NCBI RefSeq assembly: GCF_036321535.1
Contig: NC_087437.1
Span: 113,586,001 to 113,650,000, forward strand
DNA from: Camelus dromedarius
Lineage: Eukaryota
Length of the DNA: 64,000 nt
Direction: 5' to 3'
The notes beneath the pieces were generated by a model. That model saw nothing but the letters and a program-made list of their open reading frames with translations. It was not told where the DNA came from and searched no databases. The position numbers and the translations under genes are program-made. Below are positions 38,480 to 50,750 of this stretch, in pieces. Numbering within the stretch: position 1 is the first letter of the stretch; each line of letters opens with the position of its first letter.

Positions 38480-38835
38480 TTCCTCAGCCTCCCGCATGGT
38501 TAGACTGCGGCTAACCGGCTGAACTGTGGCCAATGTGATGCAGATGGACATGACCCTTCCGTGTTGGGACCCAACAGTGTCCTAGGTGACCATCCAGCCC
38601 TCTCTCTCCCCATTGTGGTGACATGGTGACGTTGGATCTTGTATTCCAGATGGCACAGCTACCAGGTGGAAGCAGCCTGGAGCCCTTAGTCACTGGCTGG
38701 AGGAGATCCTTGTAGATGAGGTACCCTTACACCATCAGTCTTTTCAAGAGAAACAAATAAGCCTTGGCTGTATGAAGACATCGGAACTTGGGAACAATTT
38801 GTAATGTCAGCTAGAGTTAGGTACCCTGACCCTGA
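38480..38835 (+). mobile_element. Old MaLR LTR fragment (MLT1-like)
   Basis: ggaagcagcctggagcccttagtcactggctggaggaga...gagaaacaaataagccttggctgt. Confidence 0.6.
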
Positions 38836-38899
38836 CATTTTCCCTTGGCAGGCAAATCAGTGTCAGTCCTTCATAAAATAAGCAAAAGTTGGTGCACCT

Positions 38900-39345
38900 T
38901 TGATTAGGAGCATAGAATCTGGAGTTGGCGTAATATAGGCTTGGTCTGATTCCTGAGTAAGCTTGGGCAAGTCTCCTCCCCTCTTCAAGCCCCCCACTTT
39001 TTTTACCTATAAAGTAGCAATAATAGTTGTACCTACTTCCTAGGGCAACCTTTTGCCAAATGCAGTCACACAGACCTCCTGCATCAGAAATACCCTACTG
39101 CTGTTAAATTGCAAACCATCAGATACACCTCCAGACCCTGCTAAACCCAAATATTCACAGAGCCGGGGGAGGCTTGGAAGTCTGGGTTTTTAATAAACTC
39201 TGCAGATGATTCCTACACGGACTACAGTTTGAGAATGACCAGTCTCGGGGTTGTGAGGATTAGCTGAGCTCTCAGGAACACAGCACAGAACAGTACCTGG
39301 CGTGGGGTAAGGACTCAGTGAATGGGAGCAATTACTTTTGTCATT
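38900..39345 (+). mobile_element. MIR split by a MER5-type MITE (about 39045-39245)
   Basis: cttgggcaagtc...gtacctacttcctaggg, then ctgcatcagaaatacc...gatgattcctacac...agtttgagaatgacc, then gggttgtgaggattagctgag. Confidence 0.8.
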
Positions 39346-41644
39346 AGCAAACCCTTTGGTAAGAGTCTAATTTACACAGCAAAGCTGGGCAAGCCCATGA
39401 AGGGGAAAGAAGGAGAAGGCTTTGCCCTTTCTCGGGCTTGTCACTCTGGCCTCCGAGGAAGCTAGGAGGGCAGGCATACTGAATGTAACCTGATTTGACT
39501 TAAATGGAGGGCTGAGGCAAATGGCTGTCATGTGGCGCATATTGAGAAACAAAATAACAACCTGCAAACAGATGAAGGAGAAGGTCATCTTCCTATCAGC
39601 CAAATCCCTAAAGACTCCCAGGCTTTACGGAGGTGAATTTTTTAAGCCTTGATGGAGACACATTAATGAGCACATACAAATGTGGTTGGAGGGTGACCAC
39701 CATGCCTGAAGCTCTGCTGGAAAACTATTGACAGCTATATTGCATATTCCTGTCGTGGTCAGGCCATGGAATGCCTTTCTCTAATCAAGTAATTGCATTA
39801 AGGAACTACTGGGAACATTCGGTTGCTTTTCCAGAGGAGGCAAGAAGTCAACTGTACTCCAACCAGGGTAACTGTCAGGAGGAGTTTGGCTCAAATTTCT
39901 TTTAGTTCAAATAACGTTTTTTTCCCCTCATGCATATGCAAACAAAAGTAGAAAAATAAAGTCAACTAACAGTCGAAACAAAACAGCACATTTGTGATAA
40001 ATCGTTGTGTTTGTGAAGTGAAATTCAACAGAAGAGGTATTTTTTTTCTCCCTTTTTTTTTTTTGGAGGGGAGATGACAGGTGGTTTTGGACACAGTATT
40101 AAGCCCTAAAGTGAGCAGGTACAGAGGTGGGGTGAGAGGGTCTTTAATGGCTTAAGGTGCCGGACCTTAACTACAGGGAGAGTCATTGTACGTCTTCCTG
40201 CAACCCAAGCAGAGAGAGATTTTCTAGTTAGGATGGTTTCCATTGGCAGCATTTTCCTGAAAATACAAAGTCAAAAATTTTCTCATCTGAAAAGTCAACT
40301 GGGGGAAAATCACAAACTCATAGAATAGTAATGTAAGTGGGTAGAAAAGTATTCAGTTTTTGGTGAAGTTGATGCCGGACAACTTCAAGTCCTTGGGTTT
40401 TCTAAAGACCCTTTTACATCGACAATTTCATAAACATATAGCCACTAAGTGAAAACGTGATTACCAGACCATTTTGTCTACGCAGTGTCAAATTCTTGGG
40501 CGATCCTGTTTGTCACCCACTTGCCGACCATGAATGTTGTTTTTACGACACACGCTAGACACGGCTTTGTGAGTTTGTGTTCTCACGCCAGGATGGGTAG
40601 CGACCTCACTCGTGGTCTGTGGTTCCAAGATGCCAGGACACTGAACGAGGTGGGTCCAAGTTGCTAGAACCTTTGGCCTCACTGTCCCAAATTTCTCCTT
40701 ATTCTCTCTCATCTACACAGTACCATGCAGGGTATATTACTACATCGAATATCTCAACCCTCACAGCTTACAAAATTACTTCCAAAAAACTTGCTCTTTT
40801 TCCTCAGCTTTGAAGTTGCCCACCAGGCTTGCTGTGAAGAATGAGCTTAAAAATGAACGATGTCCCCGTGGCAGGACAGCAGGTTGCAGAGCACAGCCTG
40901 GGCCACCAGGACAGGTCCCCATACTGTTCTTGTTTGAAAAGATGGTGTTTTGGAAGAGGCTGCTGGGGAAGGTGACACTGGAAAGAAGCTGGCACCGTGC
41001 ATCTGGGCTTTGGGACATTATGCTCATCCAGGTGTCCTCGTCAGAGCTTCACAGAATCCAGGTGCCAAACAGGGAATAAAAATGCTTACTTGACCAACTC
41101 AGGTGTTACGAGGGTTTGCTCATATTTGCTGACTGCTTTGAAGATGAAAAGTATTATGGTGCACTAAGCATGATAATTATCAATTATAAATGCTCACACA
41201 ACTCCCTGGAAAATTAGGGATAAATGGCAGGAAATATAAGTGTGACAGGAAGCCAGGAGCCAGGGTGGCTTGTGAAATAGGAAGAGTTCAGCACACAGAG
41301 TGTCCTTACCTGGAACAAGCCAGGAGCTCACTTGTCTTTGGAAAATCAATGCTTCCTTGATCTAAAGTCACAATGCTGGAGAGCCGGGGAAGATGGGAGG
41401 GAGGCTCCCTTAAAGACCTGTCTTCTTAAGCACCTGTGGGGTCCTGGGCTCTGTGTCCCTGTGTACTTCTTGCATCTCTGAAGCATGATGCCACTCCCTG
41501 GGTACCATTAAAGGAATACTCTGTTTAGCATCTGACCTGGGCTTTCTTGACATCCTTTTTCTGTAATAGGATGATGGATTGAAGACCTTTGAGTCATTCA
41601 CATAGTCAACATTCTAGAATAATCACCATATTCATGCCTTTGCT

Positions 41645-42134
41645 TGTAATAAGGAAGAATAAATAACTCTGTATTGGATTTGTTTCTTTTACTTTAACCT
41701 TTGCATTCTATTGCTTTTGCTACAAGTTAATCACTAAAGGGATTTTGCTTATAAACTTAAATTATACATAATGGCCCATCTCTGGGAACCCTGCCTTCCA
41801 GGTAGTGAATGTTAAGCTAAAATACCTTTGTTTAGCTCACAGGAAACATCTTGACCAGCCTACCTGGGACTGCAGGACTGCAGGAAGGAAGAAATCAACA
41901 CATCACCTCCGGAAACTGACTGGAACCAGGAAATGTTTAACTTTACTCCCTCCCCTTTTAGTGTAAAAGAAGCCTGAATTCTAACTCAGGCAAGATGGTT
42001 CTTTGGGACACTAGTCTACCACCTTCTCAGTCTACTGGCTTTCTGAATAAGTCACTATTCCTTGCCCCAATAACACGTCTCTGGATCTATCAGCTTATCA
42101 TGTAGCGAGCAGTATGAATTTGAACTCGGTAACA
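41645..42134 (+). mobile_element. ERV1 solo LTR, MER41-like (cetartiodactyl type)
   Basis: TG...CA termini (tgtaataaggaagaa...gcgagcagtatgaatttgaactcggtaaca); gcctgaattctaactcaggcaagatggttctttgggacactagtc; degenerate TATA (gtgtaaaag) and polyA (aataag) signals. Confidence 0.8.
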
Positions 42135-42606
42135 CTATGGCCATTTGATCATGTTTACAAAGTTGAGCTCTCTTGTCTCAGAAATATTTTCCCCTTTCTG
42201 GGTCATCTAAAGTCATCAGGCTGATGATGTCTCTGGCTAATGGCACATGTAGCGTAGACAGTTGACTCTGTGGCTTCATCTAAGGGGTGCTGGGCAGGAT
42301 GTCTGTACCAATATTTAACCCTCTTGCCTGTCGTGGTGCCAGTGGTTCCAGTATGATAAATGCTATGTGAATGTTTATTGGTAAACATAAGAAAATTAAA
42401 CTGTAGATTCACTGAACTAAACTATAGAAAACTAAACTATAGATTCCTTAGGCAGCTAGAGAGGGACAAAGAAGGCTGAAGGCTGGTGAGCCAGCCATGA
42501 ATGCGTGATCAAAATAAGACCAGACAGAGAAGATAAAAATACCTTCCCTCTGTCCTTGTCCTCCTCCTCGTCCCCCTCCTCCTTCTTCTCTTACAGTATC
42601 TCTAAA

Positions 42607-42925
42607 GTTTATTTTTCCCAGTGTTATTGACATATAATCGACATATAACATTGTGTAAGTTTAAAGCATACAACATAATGATATGACTTATGTCTATATT
42701 CTGAAACACTTACTACAATAAGTTTAATTAACAACCATCACTTCACATATTATACATTTTTTTCCTTCTGATAAGAATCTTTAAGTTCTACTCTTTTAGT
42801 GACTTTCAAATGTACAAGACAGTATGGTTAGCTACAGCCATCAGGGGGACATTACAACCTCAGAACGTATTTATCCTCTACCCGGAAGCTTGTACATTTT
42901 GACCACCTTCACCCAGTTCCCCTTC
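42607..42925 (-). mobile_element. L1 (L1MA-type) 3' end
   Basis: ttattgacatataatcgacatataacattgtgtaagtttaa...tttaagttctactcttttagtgactttcaaatgtacaa...tgtacattttgaccaccttcaccca. Confidence 0.85.
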
Positions 42926-42999
42926 TGAAAATACTAAAGAAGACAAGTGTTTAGGAAAGCAAAGGAGGTGAAGTGTCCAGGTGTGGATGAGTGGTGGGG

Positions 43000-43330
43000 G
43001 TGGAGGGCTAATTTCTTGTGGAAGCTGAGAAGCCAAGAGAAAGCGAGTTCAGCTTAGAGCTGGAGGCAGAAGCAGAGACGAAATGTCAAAAGAAGTGAGT
43101 GACTCAAGGCTTCGGGCACTTAGATAAGCCAAGGCTTCCTGGGAAAGGCTGTTCCAGGCCAGAGGCCCATCAGCCCTGAGCAGACAGCAGTGACTGCAGA
43201 GGGGATGCTCGTGCGGAGTGGGCAGCCTACTAACACGTGCAAGGGGGCTACCTGGAACTAGAGGCGGGGGCCAGGTGGGCGCATAGCCAGGCTGGCAGGT
43301 GAGGTTAAGCACAGAGGGGTCAGTGGACAC
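43000..43330 (-). mobile_element. L2 fragment
   Basis: tgggaaaggctgttccaggccagaggccca...cagccctgag. Confidence 0.45.
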
Positions 43331-44344
43331 ACTGGTTGGCACTGGACAGCATGCATAAGGAGGTCAACAAGCAGGGGGATATAGCGCAAAACAGACCAGG
43401 AAGCAGGCCCCAAACCCTGGGCAAAGATACGGAAGGGCAGGGGTCAGCAGCAGATCCAGGGTATGGGGTCCAAGAGAGAAGCTTGGGGCAAAGTCAGGGA
43501 TCTCGAGGGGGCAGAGCTGTTCTGTGTGTGAGAGATTAAACCAAGTGTTCACCAAACCGACTTCCTGTTCTTTCTGGATCCACGACCATAGAAGTGATCC
43601 AGCCTCTCTGGTGGTTAGATGCTGACTGAGACCGAGTGGGGTGTGAGCAGAAGTGGAGGGCCTCATTCCAGGGCTGGCTCCAAAGCCTCTCCTGCACAAC
43701 CCTCCATATGCACCCTCCTGCCAGCTGGGGGCCAATGAGCACTGCAACCTCAGAAGACGGCGAGGCTACATGGTGGAGATCCTGGGTCACTGAAGCTGAT
43801 CAGGAACTTACTGTGATAAATGACTTAATTTGTAAACTCCTTTGTTATAGTAGCTAGTTGTCTCCAAACCACTAAACTGAGGCTCCCACAGATAGGGTCA
43901 GTCTAAGGTTAAGATCAAAGACATCCTAAGACCCTCTCAACCTTGGGAATCAATGGAGAGCCCAAGGATGAAAGTCTTTGGCCATCACCCTGCAAGGTGG
44001 CTGAGTTCTACGAGAGTTTATTTTTTGTTGACTGTGTGTAATTTTGAACTCTAAGAATCCCTTATGTGGTTGATCATGACCAGCTGAACAGACATGTCTG
44101 TGAACTTTGGAGAAGGTGGTGAAGTGGCACTGAGTAAAGTATGGGCAAAGGGTGACGGGTGAGGGAACATGAGAAGAGGAGGGAAAGTGGGAGAGCTGCC
44201 CTGCAAGTTTCCTTTAGGATTTAGGAAGCATAGCCCTTCTGGCTTAGCAGACAACTTCAAAGGAAAAATATTCGTGGCATAAGAGGCCATGGCAGCCATA
44301 AGAAAGATTTTAACCAAACCTAATGAATTTTAAGAAACAATGGT

Positions 44345-45625
44345 AGATACCCCATGTTCATGGATTGGAAGAATTAATATTGTTAAAATGTCCATACTCC
44401 CCAAAGCAGTACATAAATTTAATGCAATCCCTCTCTACCAAAATACCTGTGACATTTTTCAGACAACTAGAACAAATAATCCTCAAGTTTGTATGGAACC
44501 ACGAAAGACTTGAATAACCAAAGCAATCTTGAGAAAAAGGAACAAAGCCAGAGGTCTCATGCTTCTTAATTTGAGACTGTGCTACAAAGCTGCAGTACTC
44601 AAAACAGCATCGTATTGGCACAAAAACAGACACATAGATCAATGGAACAGAATAGAGATCCCAGAAATAAACCCATGCACTTATGGCCAATTAATCTACA
44701 ACAAAGGAGGCAAGAAAATACAATGGAGATGACACAGTCTCTTCAACAAGTGGTGCTGGGAAGACTGGACAGCTGCACATAAAAAAATGAAATTAGAACA
44801 TTCTCTAACACCATACACAAAATTAAACTCAAAATAATTTAAAGACCTAAATGTAAGACTGGAAACCATAAAACTCCTGAAAGAGAACATAGGCAGAACA
44901 CTTTTTGACATAAATTGTAGCAATTTTTTTTTTTTGGATCTGTCTCCTAAGGCAAAGTAAACAAAACCAAAAATAAACAAATGGGACCTAATTGAATTTA
45001 AAAGCTTTTGCACAGCAAAGGAAACTACTGACAAAATGAAAAGACAACCTACTGAATGAGAAAAATGTTTGCCAATGATATGACCTATAAGGGGTTAATA
45101 TCTGAAATATAGAAAGAGCTTATACAAGTCAATAGTAATTTAAAAAAAAAAAACCAACCTGATTAAAAAATGAGCAGAAGACCTGAAAAGACCTTTTTAC
45201 AAAGAAGACACACAGATGGCCAATAGGTACATGAAAAGATGCTTAACTTTGCTAATTATCAGAGAAATGCAAATCAAAACCACAGTAAGATATCACCTCA
45301 TACCTGTCAGAATGGCTATCATCAACAACAGCACAAATAATGAATGTTGGTGAGGATGTGGAGAAAAACGAACTCTAGTACATTGTTGGTGGGAATGTAA
45401 ATTGGTGCAGCCACTGTGGAAAACAGTATGGAAGTTCCTCAAAAAACTAAAAATAGAATTACCATATGATCTAGCAATTCCATTCCTGGGTATATATCTG
45501 AAGAAAACAAAAAGACTAAATCAAAAAGATACATGAACCCCAATGTTCACAGCAGCATTATTTACACTAGCCAAAATATGGAAGCAACTTAAGCGTCCAT
45601 CAACAGACAAGTGGATACAGAAGAT

Positions 45626-45671
<46 letters not shown>

Positions 45672-46130
45672 ATAGAATATTACTCTGTCATAAAAAGAAT
45701 AAAATTTTGCCATTTGCAACAACATGGATGGACCTGGAGAGTATTATGCTTTAGTAAAATAAGTCAGACAGAGAAAGACAAATACTATATGTTATCACTT
45801 ACATGTTGAATCTAAAAAAAAATAAACAAAAGAACGTAACAGAACAGAAAGAGATTCACAGATACAGAGAACAAAGTAATGGTGACCACTGGGGTGAGGG
45901 AAGGGGGGAGGAGGAAGATAGGGGTAGAGGATTAAGAATTACAAACTACTATGCATAAAATAAATAACCTACAAGGATATAGTGTACAGCATGGGGAATA
46001 GAGCCAACATTTTATAATAACTGCAAATGGAATATAATCTGTAAAAATATGGAATCACTATGTTGTACGCCTGAAACTAATATAATATTGTAAATCAACT
46101 AGAATAAAAAAATTTTTATAAAGTAAAAAA
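44345..46130 (+). mobile_element. 5'-truncated L1: disrupted ORF2 3' region, 3'UTR and A tail
   Basis: catggattggaagaattaatattgttaaaatg...; ORF 44529-44732 ([25 protein letters not shown]); in-frame stops and frameshifts; G-rich 3'UTR tract at 45891-45925. Confidence 0.96.
45629..45665 (+). repeat. (TA)n microsatellite inside the L1
   Basis: Seen directly. Confidence 0.95.
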
Positions 46131-48208
46131 ACGAAACAAGGATATTCACGTTTCCTCCATGTTTTCACAGACCACTTGAGAGAATGATGAATTGTGATAT
46201 ATGAAGAAAAAACTAGGTAATATTTCTGCAACAGACTTTGAAATTTAGCTATCCTGAAACTCTGACTGGAACTTTCCTTGGCAACTACACCAGCAGGACA
46301 GAGGTGAATGATTTCAAGGTGAGAAACGGCAGCTCTTCTATTTCATTTTGCTGATAAAAGTGTGTGACCCTACATCACCTGCTATTTCGGTCTTTAAGGT
46401 GAACAATGATTTTTGTCGTGATGCACAGAAGATATTCTTTCCCAAGTAAGCCTTCCATGAGAAATGAGGCTGGGGGTGGGTGGGCAGGCATGTTTGGTCT
46501 TTTCTCTGCAAATTATGTTTCTGAATCAATGTCCCTGTCTAAGCAGGGGTCTTTTTTGTGTTTCCAAGCTCATGCCCAGTTTAATGGAAGTTCTATTTAT
46601 GTGTTTTATTAATTTATAGATTTTTGATGTCTGAGAAGTTCATTGCACTTTCTGCTCTCACTAAACATTTTTAAACATTTAGAAAGGAGAGCCTGTGTTT
46701 TGCCAAAGGCAAAGAGCTGAGCATCCTCTCTGACTTAGGAGCTTGCTTAGGGCTCAAAACAGGATGTTCTGTTTGACCAAAAGAAATTTCTTTCTCTGCT
46801 TTTAATGCTCTGATTAGCTCTTCCTTTTTGATGGGATTTGAGAGAAGTATTATCAGGCAGCCAGTAAAGGAAGGGCTAACAGAAATTTGCACGAATGAAA
46901 TAGTTTTTCCCCCTCTATTCCTTACAAAGTGTTAAAATCTCTCTGTTGCTCTATTGTCGTTGCTGTTATGTTTGTTTCTTGACTGCTCCACTCTGGCACT
47001 TTGAGGCGATGCTTGAGTGCAAAAAATTAAGCCAAAGGATCTTGACCAAGTGGCCCAAATCCAGATTTAAGCACCATGGAACTTTCCACATCCTCAGCCT
47101 CAGAGAATGTGTATACATTCTCACTGAAACCATTTTACAAAGTGTGGTGAATTAGAGATGGTCAACATGGCGTTTCTTCTGAGAAGCAAATGAGTAAACT
47201 TGCCCATAGTTGTCACTTTCTCAACAATCTTAGAGAGCATTCCATGATGATAACATTTGAATACAGGTTCCTGTACTTTGGCAGTCAAAACTCGCGCCTG
47301 CCCTGTTGGTCCCCAGGAAGGCCCACAGCAAACAGGGGAAAATCACATTGACACCAGCACTTGGCTCTCAATATTTCTGAAAAGCTCCCTAGGCAATTCT
47401 ACTATGCAGTCAAGGTTGAAACTCTGGGTTACAGAGCATCTGATGTCCTTCAGGGCGGAGCCGTGTCTCATGGCATTGGTATCTTGGGCATCTGGCCCAG
47501 TAGATAGAATTTCCAGAACGCTCACTAAACACCTACACAGAAGAAACACCGTCGCCAACATCCCTGCACTGTGGCATGTCCTCGGCTTTCCAGGACAACA
47601 GTGGCCTTTCAAAGCCCCAGCAGGAGGAGGCATTGGTGTAAGACCTGGGGAGCCGCTGGCCTGGAACAGAGCGTGGTCTCTCCCCCTGGCATGGCTGCAG
47701 ACTTCCCTGGGCCTTAGTGTCCTCAAGTATGTGAGTTGGCTGCACTCAGATGTCTCTCAGGCCCTCTGCACTATTAAAATTCCATCATGCCATTTGCTAA
47801 AATGCCAGGCCCATCAGTGAAGGGAGGGGTGGAAGAAAAGCTTGAAATGGGGGAACTTGACCACAAGGATGGCCTCTGATTTTTTTTTTTTTCCCACATG
47901 AGGTGCTGTTCCAGCTCTAGACCACCCTTGAGAAGTATTTGAGTGAAGCAGCTCAAGGCCAGACAAGATGCGGGTTTTGACAGTGGGTCAGCGAGACACT
48001 ATCTCGCACAGCTATTTGTCATAATGATAGAACAGGGAAACCCAGAGCACATGGCTGTCATGGACAGTGGATTCCTCAGTGAGGGAGGCTTCTGAGGGAC
48101 AAGCTTGGCCACAAGGAGTGCTGAGCCTGGCACACTGAGCAGTGCCCTTGGTCTCCGAGTATTCTAAGAGCCTGCTCTCTTCAAGTTCAAATAAATAAAG
48201 CTTAGTTG

Positions 48209-48741
48209 ATTTGCAAAAGCCAAAACATGAAAACAATCTAAGTGTCCACTGACAGACGAATGGATACAGAAGATGTGGTACACACACACACACACAAATG
48301 CACACACTGGAATATTACTCAGCCATAAAAAGGATGAAATAATGCCATTTGCAACAACATGGATGGACCTAGAGGATCATACTAAGTGAAGAAAGTCATA
48401 GAAAGACAAATATCATATGATATCACTTATATGTGGAATCTAAAAAATGATACAAATGAACTTATTTACAAAACAGAAATAGACTCACAGACACAGAAAA
48501 TAAACTAACGGTTACAAAAGGGGAAAGGAGGGGAAGAGATAAATTAAGAGTTCAGAATTTGCAGATATTCACTATTATAAATAAAATAGATAAACAGCAA
48601 GGGCCTACTGTAGAGCACAGGGAACTATATTCAATATCTTGTAATAACCTATAACAAAAAAGAATATGAATATGCATAACTGAATCACTTTGCTGTACAC
48701 CTGAAACTAACACAACGTTGTAAATCAACTCTACTTCAGTA
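48209..48741 (+). mobile_element. 5'-truncated lineage-specific L1 with TSD
   Basis: aagtgtccactgacagacgaatggata...aatgccatttgcaacaacatggatggacctagag; TSD aaataaataaagct(t/c)ag(t/c)tg at 48189-48208 / 48742-48761. Confidence 0.93.
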
Positions 48742-49349
48742 AAATAAATAAAGCTCAGCTGTGTAGACGGAAGGCTGTGGCTGCCGTTCATTCATTGCCT
48801 CCATGGCCTGCCCGGGGCTCACAGTGCCGAGAGAGTCCACGCAGGTGGACTCGTGCCGACCTGGGGGAGCACAGGGAAGGACCCGCGGACTCAGCCAGGG
48901 GACCCGGGATGTGATGCCACCTTGAGCACCGTGGAGGAGGTGAAGACCCATGTGGGGGGCGGAGCCTCACGGCCTACAAGGGCGTTTTAGTGCTAATCCC
49001 AGATTCCAGACGCCCCTCTCGACCCGGGTGCCTGTCCCTCATGCGAGGGCTGGAGAAGCACACAGCTGACGTGGGGGAGGTGACAAGCCAGCCCCGCAGG
49101 TGGTGTGGTCTCAGAAGTCAGCAAAGAGGAAGGAAAAGTAGCGTGACGGCAAGGCAAGTGGAAGAGGACACTGCTTTCGGATCAGGCTTCTGCCGCAAAC
49201 CAGCTTTGCCATCAGGTGAGTTAGCTCTCTCTCTCTCGGCCTCAGGTGCCTCATCTATGAATCAAATGCAAAACGTCTAGAATCTCTTGTGGCATCTCCA
49301 GAGGGAGCGATGGGTGGATAGAACAGAGCCGACACCCAGACTGATCTGA

Positions 49350-49540
49350 GCACGCATGCACACACACGGATACACACTCACAGATAGGCAGCTCACACAC
49401 ATAGCTCCATGCACAAGCAACACCTGCACGCCTAGACTCGTGCACACACACACACACACACACACATGCACTCCTTTCTATGTCCTTCCACACATGCACA
49501 CACCACCCCTCATGCACACAAACACATCCATGCACACAGA
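49350..49540 (+). repeat. CA-rich low-complexity tract with a pure (CA)n at about 49443-49466
   Basis: Seen directly. Confidence 0.85.
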
Positions 49541-50369
49541 TCTGAGTATATATTCCACGTTTCATCTCCAAATTTTCAGAAAGTGGTAACTGAGCAGCCA
49601 GGAAATGAAAACAAAAATCCTCTGGAATGTTTTTATGTGCTTCTGATGGTCTTGCTACCTCTGGTTTAGCCCCCTTCTCCACTGCAGGGAACCAGATACT
49701 CTGGTTTTTATGTAGGCATGACTTTAGGGAAATGAGGCATTAAGACAAAAGAGCTAAAGCAAAGAAATCTATAAGACAGGAAAAGCAAAAAGTCCTTCTA
49801 CCCCCATCCATGGGGCAGGAGTGGGGGGAGGAAGGCTGTTTGGAGTGTTCTTTGAGAATATTTGTATAAAGAACTGCATGTTCCTGTTTACTTTCTGTGG
49901 AGCCCCATTTCCTCCCGAGAATTCCTGGTGGTCATACTCACCAGCGATGGGGCTCTTCAGATGGAAATCTGAGACACAGAAAACGCACACATGCCCTAGG
50001 ACAGGGGCGTCCTCAGGTCTGGGTCTCCCCTCTGAGAGGTGGGGCATCTGGGAGTGACATGTCGACCTTGCTCCCCATCACACCTGACCTGACCCCAGAG
50101 CTGCAGAGAGAAGCTCTGGGGGTCACACCTGGAGACACCTGTGTATCTGGTGGGTAGTGGTTCAGGAAAGCCATGCAGAAGCAGAGCGTCCCCGCTCCTG
50201 CACACCAAGGAAGGGATGGACCAGCCATGTCCCTGGGAGCCTTGCTGGAACGGTCCCCTCTGAGGCAATTCCGATGTCCTCGGGAGAAAGGCAAGTTCTG
50301 AGGTCTCACACTTGGTTACAAAGTCCTCTCCCTTTTACTCAGTGTCACTGGCACATGTTTGCAAATTGA

Positions 50370-50750
50370 TAGAGCCCTGTTTCACAAATTAGTTACCTGA
50401 GAGTGGTTAACCTGCCCGACACGACACAGCCAGGAAGCAGGAGGATTTAAACTCGGATTTGCATCTTCTAAACCCAAATCTACTCCTCTTACCATTGATT
50501 CATGGATAATAAATAATAATAAACATAAATAATAATAATAAGCTAACATTTTAAAAGTGACCGAGTACATGGCATCATTTTGAGTGCACTGGATGGACCA
50601 GCTTACTTAATTCTTACAGTCCTGTGAGGTGGGTACTTTTAGAATCGCCAGTTGGATGAGGAAGTCAAGCCCCACAGGGTCAAGAAACTTGCCCAGGGCC
50701 GCCTGTCATTGAATGGAGAAGTGGATGCCTTGGTCTAACCACTCTGTTAG
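50370..50750 (-). mobile_element. Two MIR fragments
   Basis: gagtggttaacctgcccgacacgacacagccaggaagcaggaggatttaaactc; agctaacatttt...cctgtgaggtgggtact...aacttgcccagggc. Confidence 0.75.

Noticed and set aside
44345..46130. L1 ORF2 as a functional CDS
   Set aside because: 5'-truncated with stops and frameshifts; the same applies to the other L1 ORF fragments.
47257..47820. 187-aa ORF
   Set aside because: Non-ATG start, includes a MER5-like remnant (about 47370-47430), no recognisable protein.
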